Shown here: positions 49,865-62,754 of the stretch, one piece after another | Layout: each line of letters starts with the position of its first letter | Numbering within the stretch: the first letter of the stretch is position 1 | DNA from: Squalus acanthias | Taxonomy: Eukaryota | Direction of reading: 5' to 3' | DNA: 64,000 bases | Assembly: GCA_030390025.1 (NCBI GenBank) | Contig: CM059432.1 | Location: 10,478,001 to 10,542,000, forward strand | Program-made: the position numbers and the translations under genes | Notes under the pieces: model-generated | Databases searched by the model: none | Told to the model about the DNA's origin: nothing | Seen by the model: only the letters and a program-made list of their open reading frames with translations

Positions 49865-49920
49865 CTTTTCTAACATGCTTCTCATGTAGCGAACAGCGTC
49901 TCAGAATGTTTCATAGACAT
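49865..49920 (-). other. Candidate non-coding exon (56 nt)
   Basis: Minus strand: pyrimidine tract CCTTCTCATTTCCTTTCCTACCTGCTAG | exon | AAG-GTAAGT. Stops in all three frames. Confidence 0.4.
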
Positions 49921-50017
49921 CTAGCAGGTAGGAAAGGAAATGAGAAGGCGGAGGAATTTTTGGGAGGGGATTCCATGTAAGATTGCCATCTCTGGTTGAA
50001 CATATTCCTGATCATTT

Positions 50018-50488
50018 CATAAGAACATAAGGAATAGGAGCAGGAGTAGGCCATTCGGCCCTTCGAGCCTGCTCCGCCATTCAATAAGATCATGGCAGAT
50101 CTTCTACATCAACTCCACCTTCCCGCAACTATCTCCATATCCCTTAATTCCCTTAATATCCAAAAAAATCTCTGCCTTGAATATACGCAACGACTGAGCA
50201 TCCACAACCTTCAGGGGAAGATAATTCCAAAGATTCACAACCCTTTGAGTGAAGAAACTTCTCCTCATCTCGGTCCTAAATGACCGACCCCTTATTCTGA
50301 GACTGTGACCCCTGGTTCTAGACTCCCCAGTCAGGGGAAACATCCTCCCTGCATCTACCCTGTCAAGCCATTTAAGAATTTTATATGTTTCAATGAGATC
50401 ACCTCTCATTCTTCTAAATTCTAGGGAATATAGGCCTAGTCTCCTCACTCTCTCCTCATAGGACAATCCCCCCATCCCAGGAATCAGT
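50018..50488 (-). mobile_element. CR1 LINE 3' end
   Basis: ORF 50104-50475. Confidence 0.93.
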
Positions 50489-51285
50489 CATCTCACCTTA
50501 ATCGTCCTGCTCGATCAAACAGCATTTTTTCCCTGCCCCCCACCCCCCGCCCCACTCCCCCCGCACCCCCCCCCCCCCCCGCCATCTCCAATATTTCTGT
50601 AACGAATAAACAAATGTGTTCAAAGATGTTCAAAATGTTCCAGCACTGACTAGTTGGGCCGAATGACCTGTTTCTGTGCTGTATATTCTACATTCTACAA
50701 ATGATTTTCCTCCCACAGCAGTGATTAACCTTTCAGTCCTGAAGACTCCAGGACAATCCTGGAGGTTTGGTGACTCTGGGTTCCAGACAACATGGGCTTA
50801 ATGGCTGAAGGAACAGCAATTCGGGCCCCGATTTTAACTCCAGGCGCATTCCCCGCTCAGCTTGGGAAAGAAGCTGTTTGACAAGGAGGGACGGTTGAAG
50901 GCAGGAGGTCGTGTGATGTGACCTCCAGGAATACGTCCAACCAGAGTTGGCAACCGTGCCGCTGGGAGACTTTTCTTGAAACAATTCTACGATGTTTAAC
51001 CCGAGCGATCTCAATTCTCGCTTGGACCGAACCTTCCGCACCTACGAAGCACATTGTACAATGAGTTCTCCAAGGTGTCAGCACTGCAAACTCACTCATT
51101 ATACAGCTGCCATTCCCCTTCCGATGCCTGTGGCAGTAGTCTCCCTGGTAACAGCACTATCACGCACATTTAAGTTCTCGAGTGCCCACCCGCTCTTGTA
51201 TCTGCGGCACGCTCAAACTTCACTGTTGCCCCAGGCACCAGATGCTCTTCAACCAGTGACACAGGAAGTAAAAGTTGTCCGCTAC

Positions 51286-51363
51286 CTTTCTGTAGCATTA
51301 TCTGATTTTCTTCATGCATTCCCCCAAATCTTCTAGTTATTCTTAAGTGATGCTTCTGTACCT
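51286..51363 (-). other. Candidate exon (78 nt)
   Basis: Minus-strand acceptor TCTTTTTCTTCACAG and donor AAG-GTAGCG. One frame is open (VQKHHLRITRRFGGMHEENQIMLQK), not recognised. Confidence 0.3.
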
Positions 51364-51387
51364 CTGTGAAGAAAAAGACATTTGCAT

Positions 51388-52125
51388 TAGCCCAGATCTT
51401 GCCTCTCGCGGCGTGCCCCGTTAGTTAGACATTTTCCCTCACCCTTCAGCTCGAAAATTGCTTGCCCTTTAAGTTGCTGGAAGTGCGCGCTGATAACGGC
51501 GCAGCGAGGGCAACGGGGCATCTGGGACCTTGGTGAACGACGGGACCAATGGTCTATCTCCTTAACCAATGGGATTTACAGAGTAAGAAAAAGGCAGAAG
51601 AACGACAGAGAAGGAGGGTGAATTGGAGTCAAAAAAGGTACAGCAAGGGAAATAAATAGAGGGAAAGAAAGATTGGATTAAGAATAAGAGAGAAAAGAGA
51701 CAGAATGGAAAAGTAAGAAAAAAAATTACATTTTAAATTCTAAAAATCTCTAACAACAATTTATTACCTGCAGGAATGAGACTCCTCAATTTAAATTGTA
51801 CCCTTTCTGGGCCAGAGAGGTTGAGTGACAGAAACCTCCTCATTAAAAAGGTACATGCGCTGTCTAGTACTCGCCCTTTCTTTCTGTGGCGAGTTTAATG
51901 GGCAATTAACGCGCAAATGCAGCAATATCTTGAAACTCACGGGGAGGTTGAGGGCGAGCTGGACCTTTTTGCGAGGCTGACGGTGGAGCGGCGCAAATCT
52001 CCCAGCCACTGGTGATGATTCGCAACTTGCGGGGCAGCTCTTCCTCGCCACAAGTTGCTGGACGATTTACACGTTAATAACGGCGAGCGCCATGAAACCC
52101 GCCGTCGCTTTGCCAGCAAAATCTA
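51388..52125. mobile_element. MITE-like element
   Basis: Imperfect termini (CAGATCTTGC / GCAAAATCTA) with GC-rich subterminal regions and an AG-rich core. Confidence 0.4.
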
Positions 52126-52489
52126 TTTTCTAAACGTACTGTCTGAGCACAGCTTAATGTGGGCTTCAACTGGCAACCAGATGAAATTTGCTCAGCTCTT
52201 TACGAAGAAGCCACATCCACCCAATTATAATCTTCCAGTGTCCTTATTACATTTTTTATTTGGAAGAATAAGCACGTTGATTTTTGAAAGGTTAATTACA
52301 CAGACTTCTGCCAAGAAAATCCTAAAGTGCGCGGCGAAAAACTCTCCAAGTGTCATTTCCAATTATTTTTCTCTACTTGCTCTCTAGTTCCTCATTTTCT
52401 TGGCACAAAGTGTGTTGAACAGGGGTCATCATTTCGAATACCCATGTCTATGGAATAAGGCACTGACAGCACAGCTACCAGTGATTGAA

Positions 52490-52983
52490 CATAAGGACAT
52501 AAGGAATAGGAGCAGGAGCAGGCCATTCGCTGATCCAATTTTGGCCTCAACTCCACTTTCCCTGCCCGCTCCCCATACCCCTTGACTCCCCTGTGGCTCA
52601 ACAATCTGTCTATCTCCGCCTTGAATATATTCAATGACTCCGCCTCCACATCTCTCTGGGGTAGAGAATTCCAAAGATTCACGACCCTCTGAGAGAAGAA
52701 ATTCCTCCTCATCTCCGTCTTAAATGGGTGACCCCTTATTCTGAAACTATGCCCCCTAGTTCTAGATTCCCCCACGAGGAGAAACATCCTCTCAGCATCT
52801 ACCCTGTCAATCCCCCTCAGAATCTTATATGTTTCAATAAGATCACCTCTCATTCTTCTAAACTCCAATGAGTATAAGCCCAACCTGCTCAACCTTTCCT
52901 CATAAGACAACCCTTCCATCCCAAGAATCAACCTAGTGAAGCTTCTCTGAACTGCCTCCAATGCAAGTATATCCCTCCTTAAA
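52490..52983 (-). mobile_element. CR1 LINE 3' end
   Basis: ORF 52392-53030. Confidence 0.93.
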
Positions 52984-53304
52984 TTGTTACAATGATACGT
53001 CACGCCAAAGAGCAAGCCAGTCGCCAGCACTCAGAACCACAAATATTGGAGCCAATGTTACTTAACGCTTTGAATTTTGAATGTTATGAAGGGCTTGCGA
53101 TAGTAAATGCCCCTTGATATTTTAGAAATGATAGAATGAATCTTGTGGTCTGCCAGCAAACAGATTTTCCTCCAGTGCAGCAAAGGAAACTGAGCCGTAA
53201 CAAGTGGGCAGCTCCAGAATTTAAAGAATACCTATTTAAGGAAACGTCTGCATTCGTGACATTATGTAGTGGACATCTGTGTATTGAATTTTGATAACTT
53301 TATT

Positions 53305-53665
53305 CTCTCCCTATTGCTGTAACCTCCTCCAGCCCTACAACCCTCTGAGATCTCTGCGCTCCTCCAATTCCGGCCTCTTGCGCATCCCCAATTTTCTTCG
53401 CCCCACCATTGGCGGCCGTGCCTTCAGCTGCCTGGGTCCTAAGCTCTGGAATTCCCTCCCTATATTTCTCTGCCTCTCTCTCTCTCTCCTCCTTTAAGAC
53501 GCTCCTTAAAACCTACCACTTTGACCCAGCGTTTGGTCACCTGCCCTATAATCTCCTTATGAGGCTCGGTGTCAAATTTTGTCTGATAATCGCTCCTGTG
53601 ACGCGCCCTGGGCACGTTTTGCTGCGTTAAAGGCGCTATATAAATGCAAGTTGTTGTTGTTGTGT
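53305..53665 (+). mobile_element. L2 LINE 3' end
   Basis: PLRSLRSS..IGGRAFSCLGPKLWNSLP, tail GCTATATAAATGCAAG(TTG)n. Confidence 0.88.
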
Positions 53666-53707
53666 TGCGAACCTCAGCTTCAGTGATTCAAGCTTGTTGC
53701 ATTAAAT

Positions 53708-54003
53708 TTGCTACATCACTTCAACGATTTAAAACGGAGATGAGGAGGAATTTCTTCTCTCAGAGGGTCGTGAATCTTTGGAATTCTCTACCCCAGAGAG
53801 CTGTGGAGGCTGGGTCATTGAATATATTCAAGGCGGAGATTGACAGACATTTGAGCTTCAGGGGAGTCAAGGGTTATGGGGATAGTGTGGGCGGGAAAGT
53901 GGAGTTGAGGCCAAGATCAGATCAACCATGATCTTATTGAGTGGCGGAGCAGGCTCGAGGGGCCGAATGGCCGACTCCTGCTCCTAGTTCTTATGTTCTT
54001 ATG
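53708..54003 (+). mobile_element. CR1 LINE 3' end
   Basis: RRNFFSQRVVNLWNSLP and the CR1 tail. Confidence 0.92.
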
Positions 54004-55004
54004 ATTATATTGTTCATAATTAAGTTGGTTACTAACTTATGAGGTTCTTCATTCCAATAAGTAAACAGGTGGCAGAGTGGCTTTAAGATCCCATTATTCA
54101 TAATTCATTGTTGATTTCTGTAAAAATTACTATTTGATTTTCTATAGGTAACTAATAAATTCGGATCTGCTGTCGATACCTTCTCCAGTTCAATGGCATC
54201 ACTCAGCCCCATAAACAAGTCACGCCGTTCAGTACCTACTGGCGGACCTACTACCTAACAGCGTAACCCAGGGGATGTAACTACGTGACGCCCTTGAAAT
54301 ACAAACCGGATACTATGGGGGGGGGGGGGGGCGGGGTAGAAATTTGACTTGGGTGGTTGCACAAAACGGGCGGTAACGCATCGGCAATAGGCGTCTCTGC
54401 CCGATATTCAGGTCCATTCACTACTCTGGTGCTGGAATTAATTCCCTGAGCAGTTTCCGAGAAGACGACTCCAGACGCAGGTGTAGAGCACTACTCGCTG
54501 CTGGTGGGTTCTTTAGTGCTGGGAACTATTTCCGAAGTAATTAAGTGGGTTTAAAGCACAAGCTGGTGACTCACTGCTTCGCAGAACTCTCTGGCACTCT
54601 GGCTGAAAAAACCATCACGCCAACACATTCCCCGCGGGAAAGATGACTTAATGCAGCACAAAGCTTGACTTGTGTGGAATAGGTCACTGCCTGTTTCCCA
54701 ATGGCATTTCAGACCCACAGATTGCTCTCCGTGATTCTGCAAGCAATGAGGATGTCAATTATTGGGTGCTGCCGGTCCGCTGTTTATTAAATAATGTGCA
54801 ATGAGAAAAGCTAGCTCCTTAACTTCTAGTGCCATTGACTGGTTTCTGATGAAGTAGTTTATTAATTTACAGATGATTTCCAAAGGCCTGACGCAGACAC
54901 ATATTAATTTTCTGCAGCACCCACCTTGCGTTGATCAGGGATTATCCATTAGAAAAAGAAACATACCACGTTGTCTTTGTACAATACCTTGGTTAGGCCT
55001 CATT

Positions 55005-55373
55005 TCATAGAATGATACAGCCATTCGGCCCATCGTGCCTTTGCCAGCCCTTTGAAAGAGCTATCCAATTAGTCTCACTCTCCCTGCCCTTTCCCCATTA
55101 CCCTGAAAATTTTTCGCCATTTTGAAAGTTTCTATTGAATCTCCCTTTCAGGCAGCGCATTCCAGATCACAACAACTCGCTGCGTAAAAGAATTCTCCTC
55201 ATGTCGCCTCTGGTTCTTCTTCCAATTATCTTAAATCTGTGTCCTCTGGTTACCGACCCTCCAGCATTTGGAAACAGTTTCCCTTTATTTACTCTATCAA
55301 AACCTTTCATGATTTTGAACACCTCTATCAAATCTCCTCTTAACCTTCTCTGCTCCAAGGAGGACAACCCCAG
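55005..55373 (-). mobile_element. CR1 LINE 3' end
   Basis: ORF 55167-55427. Confidence 0.9.
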
Positions 55374-56179
55374 CATTTGGTTATTAGATTCAGTCTTAAA
55401 TAGTGTGTCCAATTTAGGTCTCTTCACGTGGTGGGTGAGACTGAGGCTTTGGAAAGGGTTCAGAGAATGATTCCCAGATTAAAACACCTTAGCTACCCAG
55501 ACAGACTTAAAGAGCTGGGTATGTATACTTTAGAGAGGCGTAGACTCAGCGGCGATTTGATTGAGGTCCACTAAATAATGAAAGGACCAGTTTGTGTGCA
55601 CTCTGACAAATTATTTCAATATGATAGGTTGGAGAGGACTATAGGGTCATGTGTATAAATTTCACAAGGGAAGAAATAGGTTAGATTTCAGCCATGATCT
55701 TATTGAATGGCGGAGCAGGCTCGAGGGGCCAAATGACCTACTCCTGCTCCTACGTCTTATGTTCTTATGTATGTTCTTATATTAAGGGGTTCTTCTTTTC
55801 CTGTAGAATAGTAGACCTCAGGACCAAGTTGTCGGCTTGTGTGGTGAGCGCTGATTCACTGCACATATTCTAAAGAGAGCTGGACCCATTACTAGCTCGA
55901 GCAGAGATCACATCATACAAGAGTTAGATACCAAATAATAGAAGTCATTGTCAGGGTGACCTTCTGGACTAGTTTCAATCGCCTAGATGGATTGGAGATG
56001 AATTTTCCAGATTTTTTTTCCCCCCCACTAATTAGCCTTTGATCTGGTTTGATTCTTCTCTCAGGAGACTACATGGCGCCCGGGGGGTTTGTGGTGGGGA
56101 GGTGCAGGGGTGAGGGAGTCTCTTGCCGTGATGCATAAGGCATCGCAACTATATGGGGCAGTCTAGATGGACCAGCATG

Positions 56180-56787
56180 TCAATAACCAGGGGGCATAGA
56201 TTTAAAATAATTGGTGGAAGGATTAGAGGGGAGTTGAGAAGAACTTTTTTCACCCAGAGGGTGGTGGGGGTCTGGAACTCACTGCCTGAAAGGGTGGTAG
56301 AGGCAGAAATGCTCATCACATTTAAAAAGTACTTGGATATGCACTTGAAGTGCCATAAGCTACAAGGCCAAGGATCAAGAGCTGGGAAGTGGGATTAGAA
56401 TCATAGAATCATAGAAAGTTACAGCACGGAAGGAGGCCATTTCGGCCCATCGTGTCCACGCCGGCCAACAAAGAGCTATCCAGCCTAATCCCACTTTCCA
56501 GCTCTTGGTCCGTAGCCCTGCAGGTTAGAGCATCCCAAGTGCACATCCAAGTACTTTTTAAATGTGGTTAGGGTTCCTGCCTCTACCACCCTTTCAGGCA
56601 GTGAGTTCCAGACCCCCACAACCCTCTGGGTGAAGAAATTTCCCCGCAAATCCCCTCTAAACCTTCCCCCAATTACTTTAAATCTGTGCCCCCTGGTTTT
56701 TGATAGGCTGGATAGCTCTGTGTCGGCCAGCACAGACACGATGGGCCGAATGGCCTCCTTCTGTGCCGTAAATTTCTATGATTCTAT
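56180..56787. mobile_element. CR1 3' end (+) interrupted by an antisense CR1 3' end (56398-56703)
   Basis: ORFs 56153-56398 (+) and 56485-56739 (-). The plus-strand 3'UTR resumes at ~56704. Confidence 0.88.
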
Positions 56788-57061
56788 GGTCTTTCCCTGT
56801 CGATGTTTTCGTATGTTCGAATGTAAGTTGCCACATAGGAGACTTGTTGATAAAATTAAGGCTCATAATTAGATAAACATTTGAAGCAGAGAAAAATATA
56901 GGGCTATGGGAACAAAGCACGGCAGTCGGATTCTGTGCTGTATGATAGTAAAGACAGTGTGGGAGGCATTGATAGGAAGTTTGTTAAAGGACAGAAAAAA
57001 GAGAATAGTGGTTAATAAGTTGTTCGAGAGATGGAAACCTGGATGACTCGCCCCTCCCCCT

Positions 57062-58205
57062 CAACAACAACAATAACTTGTATTTATATAGCGCCTTTAA
57101 CGTAGTAAAACGTCCCAAGGAGTTTCACAGGAGCGATGATCAGACAAAATTTGACACCGAGCCACATAAAGGAGATATTGGCCCAAAAATTCGTGAGGAA
57201 GCCTTCGTGCGAGGGTAAGGCCTTCCCGCGATCTCTCACTCCGCGTTGGCTTTTTCAGTTCCAGCTCGCACGAACTTGATGTTCTGGACAGCTGCTGTGC
57301 TGGGCTTGCGTATCCCACCGGCGTAGTTAATTCGTGCGAGCTGTGGGATCACGTGACTCAGTTAGAGCCAATGGCAGCACACCATCTTCCATTCATAACT
57401 TTCACATAAGTGCTGTGAAAGTTATGAATACTATAGCCCCCCAAAAGAACCGCTAAACCTCAATTAAATTTTTTTTAAAAAACCATCACATTAATAAAAT
57501 AAGTATAGTTAAATAAATTAACCATTTTAAATAAAAAATTAAATTTTTGAAAAAATTTAAAATCTTTTAAAAAGTTATAAAAATAAGCTTACCTGTCTTT
57601 AAAGTCTCTAAAAAAGATATACCTGTTAAAAAAAATTCAAAATAATAGTTAATTCACTACTTACCTTGTTAAAAGTGGGTCTTACTCCTCCTTTTTTTAT
57701 GTCTAGAATCTTCCGTACTTACCTGCGCGTTGAAACCACTAAGTGCACAGCGTGCGCGCAGCCTGTAGCGTGCACGCGGTTCACTTAGGACCCGCCCCCT
57801 TTTCCATTCACCAAGTGCGGTTTTCAGCGCATGCGCAGTGCATGCAGAAAACCGGCAATTGGAGACAGAATACGCGAGAGTACACAGTGCGTACTCTCGC
57901 GTAGCGGGACTAATTTTTGGGCCATTAGGACAAGTGACCAAAAGCTTGGTCAAAGAGGCAGGTTTTAAGAAGCATCATAAAGGAAGAGAGAGAGATGGAG
58001 AGGCGGAGAGGTTTAGGGAGGGGATCCCGGTGTTTAGGGCCTAGGCAGCTGAAGGCATGGCCGTCAATGGAGGGGCGAAGGAAATCGGGGATGCACAAGA
58101 GGCCGGAATAGGAGGAGCGCAGAGATCTCGGAGGGTTGTAGGGCTGGTGGAGGCTACAGAGAAAAGTAAGGGTGAGGCCGTGGAGTGATTTGAACAACAC
58201 AAGGA
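57062..58205 (-). mobile_element. L2 LINE 3' end split by a MITE
   Basis: (CAA)n tail and ORF 57925-58248 motifs. The L2 sequence GGAGATATT|AGGACA is continuous across the MITE. Confidence 0.88.
57180..57923. mobile_element. Harbinger-type MITE, family C, copy 2 (inverted relative to copy 1)
   Basis: TIRs GGCCCAAAAATT / AATTTTTGGGCC with TSD ATT (57177-79, 57924-26). Confidence 0.9.
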
Positions 58206-58299
58206 TGATCATTTCCAGAGTCAGTGTTGGTACCATTTCTCTTCTCATTGCTTATATATAAGTGATGAGGAACGACATCAGATTTTTCATATCATACAA

Positions 58300-58880
58300 A
58301 AATAGGGAGCAAAATGAATTGTGAAGCTGATCTGATAATTGATTTCAGTTTGGTAGATTGAACAGATGAAATTTAATGTGGAGAGGTCTGGTGATATATT
58401 CTAGGAGGAAGAATAAGGAGAAGGAATATACAGTAAATGCTAAAACCTTAAAAGGGTTAGAGGATCAGAGAGACGTCAGGTAAACAAATCTTTAAAAATA
58501 AGAGGACAAGTTCATAAAGCTGTAAAAATAAATATGGGATCCTAGGTTTTAATAAGTAGGCATATAGAAGGACGTCAAGGTCATGGAGAAGAGATTGACT
58601 AGAATGAGAGGCTTCAGTTATGAGGAGAGAAACTGGGACGTTTTTCATTAGAACAGAGGTTAAAAGGTGTTCAATATTTAAAGTGGCGTAAATAAGGCAA
58701 ATTGGGAAAAACTATTTTCCTGGTCAGGAAGCATTAAGATCATCGTCGAGGAAAAAAAATTATACAGAGGATTGCTAGGCCGTGGAATGCCTCATCAGAG
58801 ACAGTGGTGGGAGCAGAATCCATAACAGCTTTCAAAAGAAAAGTCTATAAATATCTCAAACAGAACAATTTAAAAGGGTT
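58300..58880 (+). mobile_element. Highly degenerate CR1 LINE
   Basis: Remnants of QMKFNVE, QRD and WNA motifs with many stops. Confidence 0.6.
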
Positions 58881-58884
58881 AAGA

Positions 58885-59682
58885 GCATAAGAAATAGGAG
58901 CAGGAGTCGGCCATTTGGCCCTTCGAGCCTGCTCCGCCATTCAATGAGATCATGGCTGATCTTCTGCCTCAACTCCATTCACCGGCCCTATCGCCATATC
59001 CCTTAATGCCCTTACTAGTCAGAAATCTATCGACTTCTGTTTTGAATATACCCAATGACTGAGCCTCCACAACCCTCTGGGGTAGAGAATTCCAAAGATT
59101 CACCACCCTCTGTGTGAAGACATTTCTTCTCATCTCAGTCCTGAATGGCCTACCCTTTATCCTGAGGCTGTGGCCCCTGGTTCTAGACTCCCCAGCCAAG
59201 GGAAATATTCTCCCAGCATCCATCCTATCAAGCCCTGTAATAATTTTGTTTGCTTCAATGAGATCCCCTCTCATTCTTCTGAATTCAAGAGAATACAGGC
59301 CTAGTTTACTCAATCTCTTCTCATACGACAGTCCCGCCATCCCAGGAATCAATCTCGTGAACCTTCGTTGCACTCCTTCTATGGCAAGTATATCCTTCCT
59401 TAGGTAAGGAGACCAAAATTGTACACAGTACTCCAGGTGTGGTCTCACCAAGGCCCTATATAATTGGAGTAAGACTTCTTTACTCCTGTACTCAAATCCT
59501 CTTGTAATGTGGAAAGATTGGGGAATGTGGGATGTGGAGGCTTCTCTATATCTAGACTCTCCAGCCAGGAGAAACAGCCTCTCAGCATCTACCCTGTGAA
59601 GCCTGCTAAGAATTTTATACCTTTCAATGAGATCACCTCTCATTCTTCTAAACTCTGGAGGATATAGGCCCATTCTACTCAA
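58885..59682 (-). mobile_element. Two fused CR1 fragments
   Basis: ORF 58969-59703 contains EFRRMRGDLIE twice. Confidence 0.9.
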
Positions 59683-60490
59683 TGCACATCTACTTTTGTT
59701 CATAGAGACCCTTGGATAACCAAGATCAGGAATTGGCTGTGTAGGTGCTGTAGCTGAGCTGAGAGTGTTTGATGGGACAATGTGGAGGGAGCTTTACTCT
59801 TTACTCTTTACATTTAAGCATGCAAATTCATCTTGAGCATAAAATGTGTAAATAATTGTTTTAAAAAATACAATAACTTGCATATTATGCTCAGCCTTTT
59901 CTCTCCTTGCGGTTTCCTGCTCCAATTTGCTAGCACTGTTCCTCATAAACCCCAATCCTAGTTGCGTTTTCCAGCCTTTGACGTCAATCAGAGAGTCTGG
60001 AAACCAAATATTCTGGGGCTCCTGAGAGGAGACACTCCCATCAAACACTCCCAGGTCAGGTACAGCACATACAGAGCCAATTCCAGATGTTGGGTACCCA
60101 AGGGACTCGATGAGCCACAGTAGATGTGCATTGAGTAGACTGGGCCTACATTCTCTGGAGTTTAGAAGAAGGAGAGGTGATCTCATTGAAACAAGTGACA
60201 CTCAGAGAAAGCCTTACTCTCGCTAAAGAAAAAGTAAAAATGGCCGACCTTGCTACATAATCGAGGGGCACGGAATCAAACAGATTTGTTTCAAGCAAAC
60301 AAATTCTCCACTCTGCATTCATTGGGCAATTAATGCCATCAGTAATTTTAGAAATGTTCATTAAGGTCTACAGTCCATTACCCTCTGGCCCCCTGCATTA
60401 GCTTTGGTAGAATACAATTCACAGTCCCTGGTTCTGTACAAACTATCTGACTGCTGCCCTCCTGACTGTCTTCCTGATTTTAAACACATG

Positions 60491-62268
60491 GGCCGCGGTT
60501 TTCCCGACCTTGGCGGGTCCAAGGCGGGTGAAGTCGATGGCGGGTCTCGGCCCCGCTGCTGGCTCCATCCCAGCCTCCGAAATGACTTTCCCCAATTGGG
60601 CTGGTTAAGCCCCGCCCAACGAGTTTCCCGGGCCAATTGAAGGAAGTGGATCTGATGACGTCACTTGATGACACGTCATCAGCTGGTTTACTTAAAGGGG
60701 CCATGCCCAAATTTACTTTGACATTTGTGCTGTCAGTGTTCTACAGCATTGAGGTGCTGCAGACACTGACAAGCACTGCACAAAGGTGCACAGCTGCACC
60801 CAGGCTCTCCCATGACTCCCTCCATGTGCTTATGGAGGGAGTTGCAGCACGCAGGGAGGTCCTCTTCCCTCCCATGGGCAGAAGAGACCTCTCCAGGAGA
60901 CCAAAGCAGCCTGGTTGCACATTGCACAGGAGGGCACAAGCAGGGATGTCACAAGGAGGACCAGGCTGCAGTAGCGCAAACCTTTCAATGATCTCAGTAG
61001 ATCATGAAACATTAGTAGAAAGCCACACTCAATCTCATCCTGCTGTGCCACTCATCACATCCCCATCACTCTGCCTTCCCTACCCTACTCCTGCACATCC
61101 TTACTCACACCAACTTACCTTGCACCTTCACCCATCCCTCTCTATCTACATTATCACTTCCCCATCTCACTAGCCACCCCTCACACTCACCCTCATCCTA
61201 GTCCAATCATACCAACTAACAACACACAAGAGTAGGCACTTGGGTGTTTTAGCCAATGTTCATGTGAAGTTTCTGTTAATGTGCTGTCAAACTTTGAAAT
61301 CTTTATTTTCAACACTTTGCTTTCTTGGACTGATTTGTGTGCACCTTTGGAAGTGGCTTAGTGAGTTGCTGTGAATGGTGAGACATAACGGTACCCCGCC
61401 CCCCCCCCCCACAATGGTGATGAATGTGAAAGGAATGGCTTGGGCATTGTCGGGATGCTTTCTGGTGTTGGTGTGGGGTGGTGCCAATCTGGCACATCAT
61501 GTGGCAGCCAGGGTGTGCAGTGTCACGTGAAGTACATGTGGCCATGATGAGGCCATCCCTGGCGTCCCGGGCAGCAATGTGGTCGGGTACTGATGCCCTC
61601 TGTCCTGTGCAGCATCAGTTGATTACGGAGAAGGTTGGTGTGGTTGTTGGTGCTGCTGGTGTGCCTGGTGATGCTGGTGTTGGGGCTGATCATGGTCAGA
61701 TTCTGAGGACCAAGGTGAGAAAATATAAAGTGCACCCATGCTGATGGAATAGATGGCAGGTGAAGTAGAGATGACAGAAGCATTCTGTCAATGGTGGGAG
61801 AGGTAATGAGGTCAGACTGGATGGAGACTTGTGTAAAGACTTGCAGCATCCTGAATCTGTAGTGGAAATGCAGTTTAGAGAAGCTAGTGCTTAAGGGAAG
61901 ATATCTGAATCAGCTGGGAGCTTTGACTTGACATTTGAAGCTGTCAACTCATCAGCTGATTCAATGGCCACTGACCTCCCGCCTCAGCTTCACTGACGAG
62001 GTCCATGCACAGCGGGAAACCGGTGGGAGACCAATGAAAGTTAAAACGCTGAAAAAAAAAGCATTGTTAAGTGGCTGTAAACAAGCCCCTAATGATTTAA
62101 ATTGGCTCCCCCGCCTGTCGGGTCTGCTCAGCGCTGGCAGATCCGACATCAGGAAATGCAGGAGTGCGCGTTATGACAGTGGGTTCCCGACCCCGCTGTC
62201 AATCATTTTCAATTTCACAGCTGACCCGCCACCCATCCCGTCCGCTGAGAGCCGGCAAAACCGCGTCC
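60491..62268 (+). mobile_element. Harbinger-derived element, family B, long copy
   Basis: TIRs GGCCGCGGTTTT / AAAACCGCGTCC with TSD ATG (60488-90, 62269-71). Frameshifted Myb/SANT remnant at ~60780-61005. Confidence 0.88.
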
Positions 62269-62754
62269 ATGGGTCAGGTTGCCCAGCCCTGACCAGGAGT
62301 GAAGCCCGAGATGAGAGATGGAGCCACACTTGACTTCCACCAGGTCGCTCGGCTTGTAGCTGGGGTGACCCTAACCTGACCTTCTTCATAAAATGGTTGA
62401 TCGTGGGCTCCTTCCGCAAACAGCGCACACAAGCCATCCCCTTATGGGTGGGCTGATCGTTCTCCCCTCTCTTGTCTGGGGGAATATACTTTGAAACGTC
62501 GCTCTAGGCCAAGGACCATGGACTAGACTGGGCCAATAACCATAATTCTCACTGGGAGTACCAGCTGTCAATCCTCCTTGATCTGCTTCTAGGCATGGGA
62601 TTCAGGAAGTCCCAACCTAGAGGGTCTGTGGCTCTAGCTTCACCCCCCCCCACCCCCCCACCCACCACCCCTCCACCCACCCAGACTTTTCCTCCTGTCG
62701 CCTCTGGCTCTTTTGCCAATCACCTTAAATCACTGCCCTCTGGTTATCGACCCT

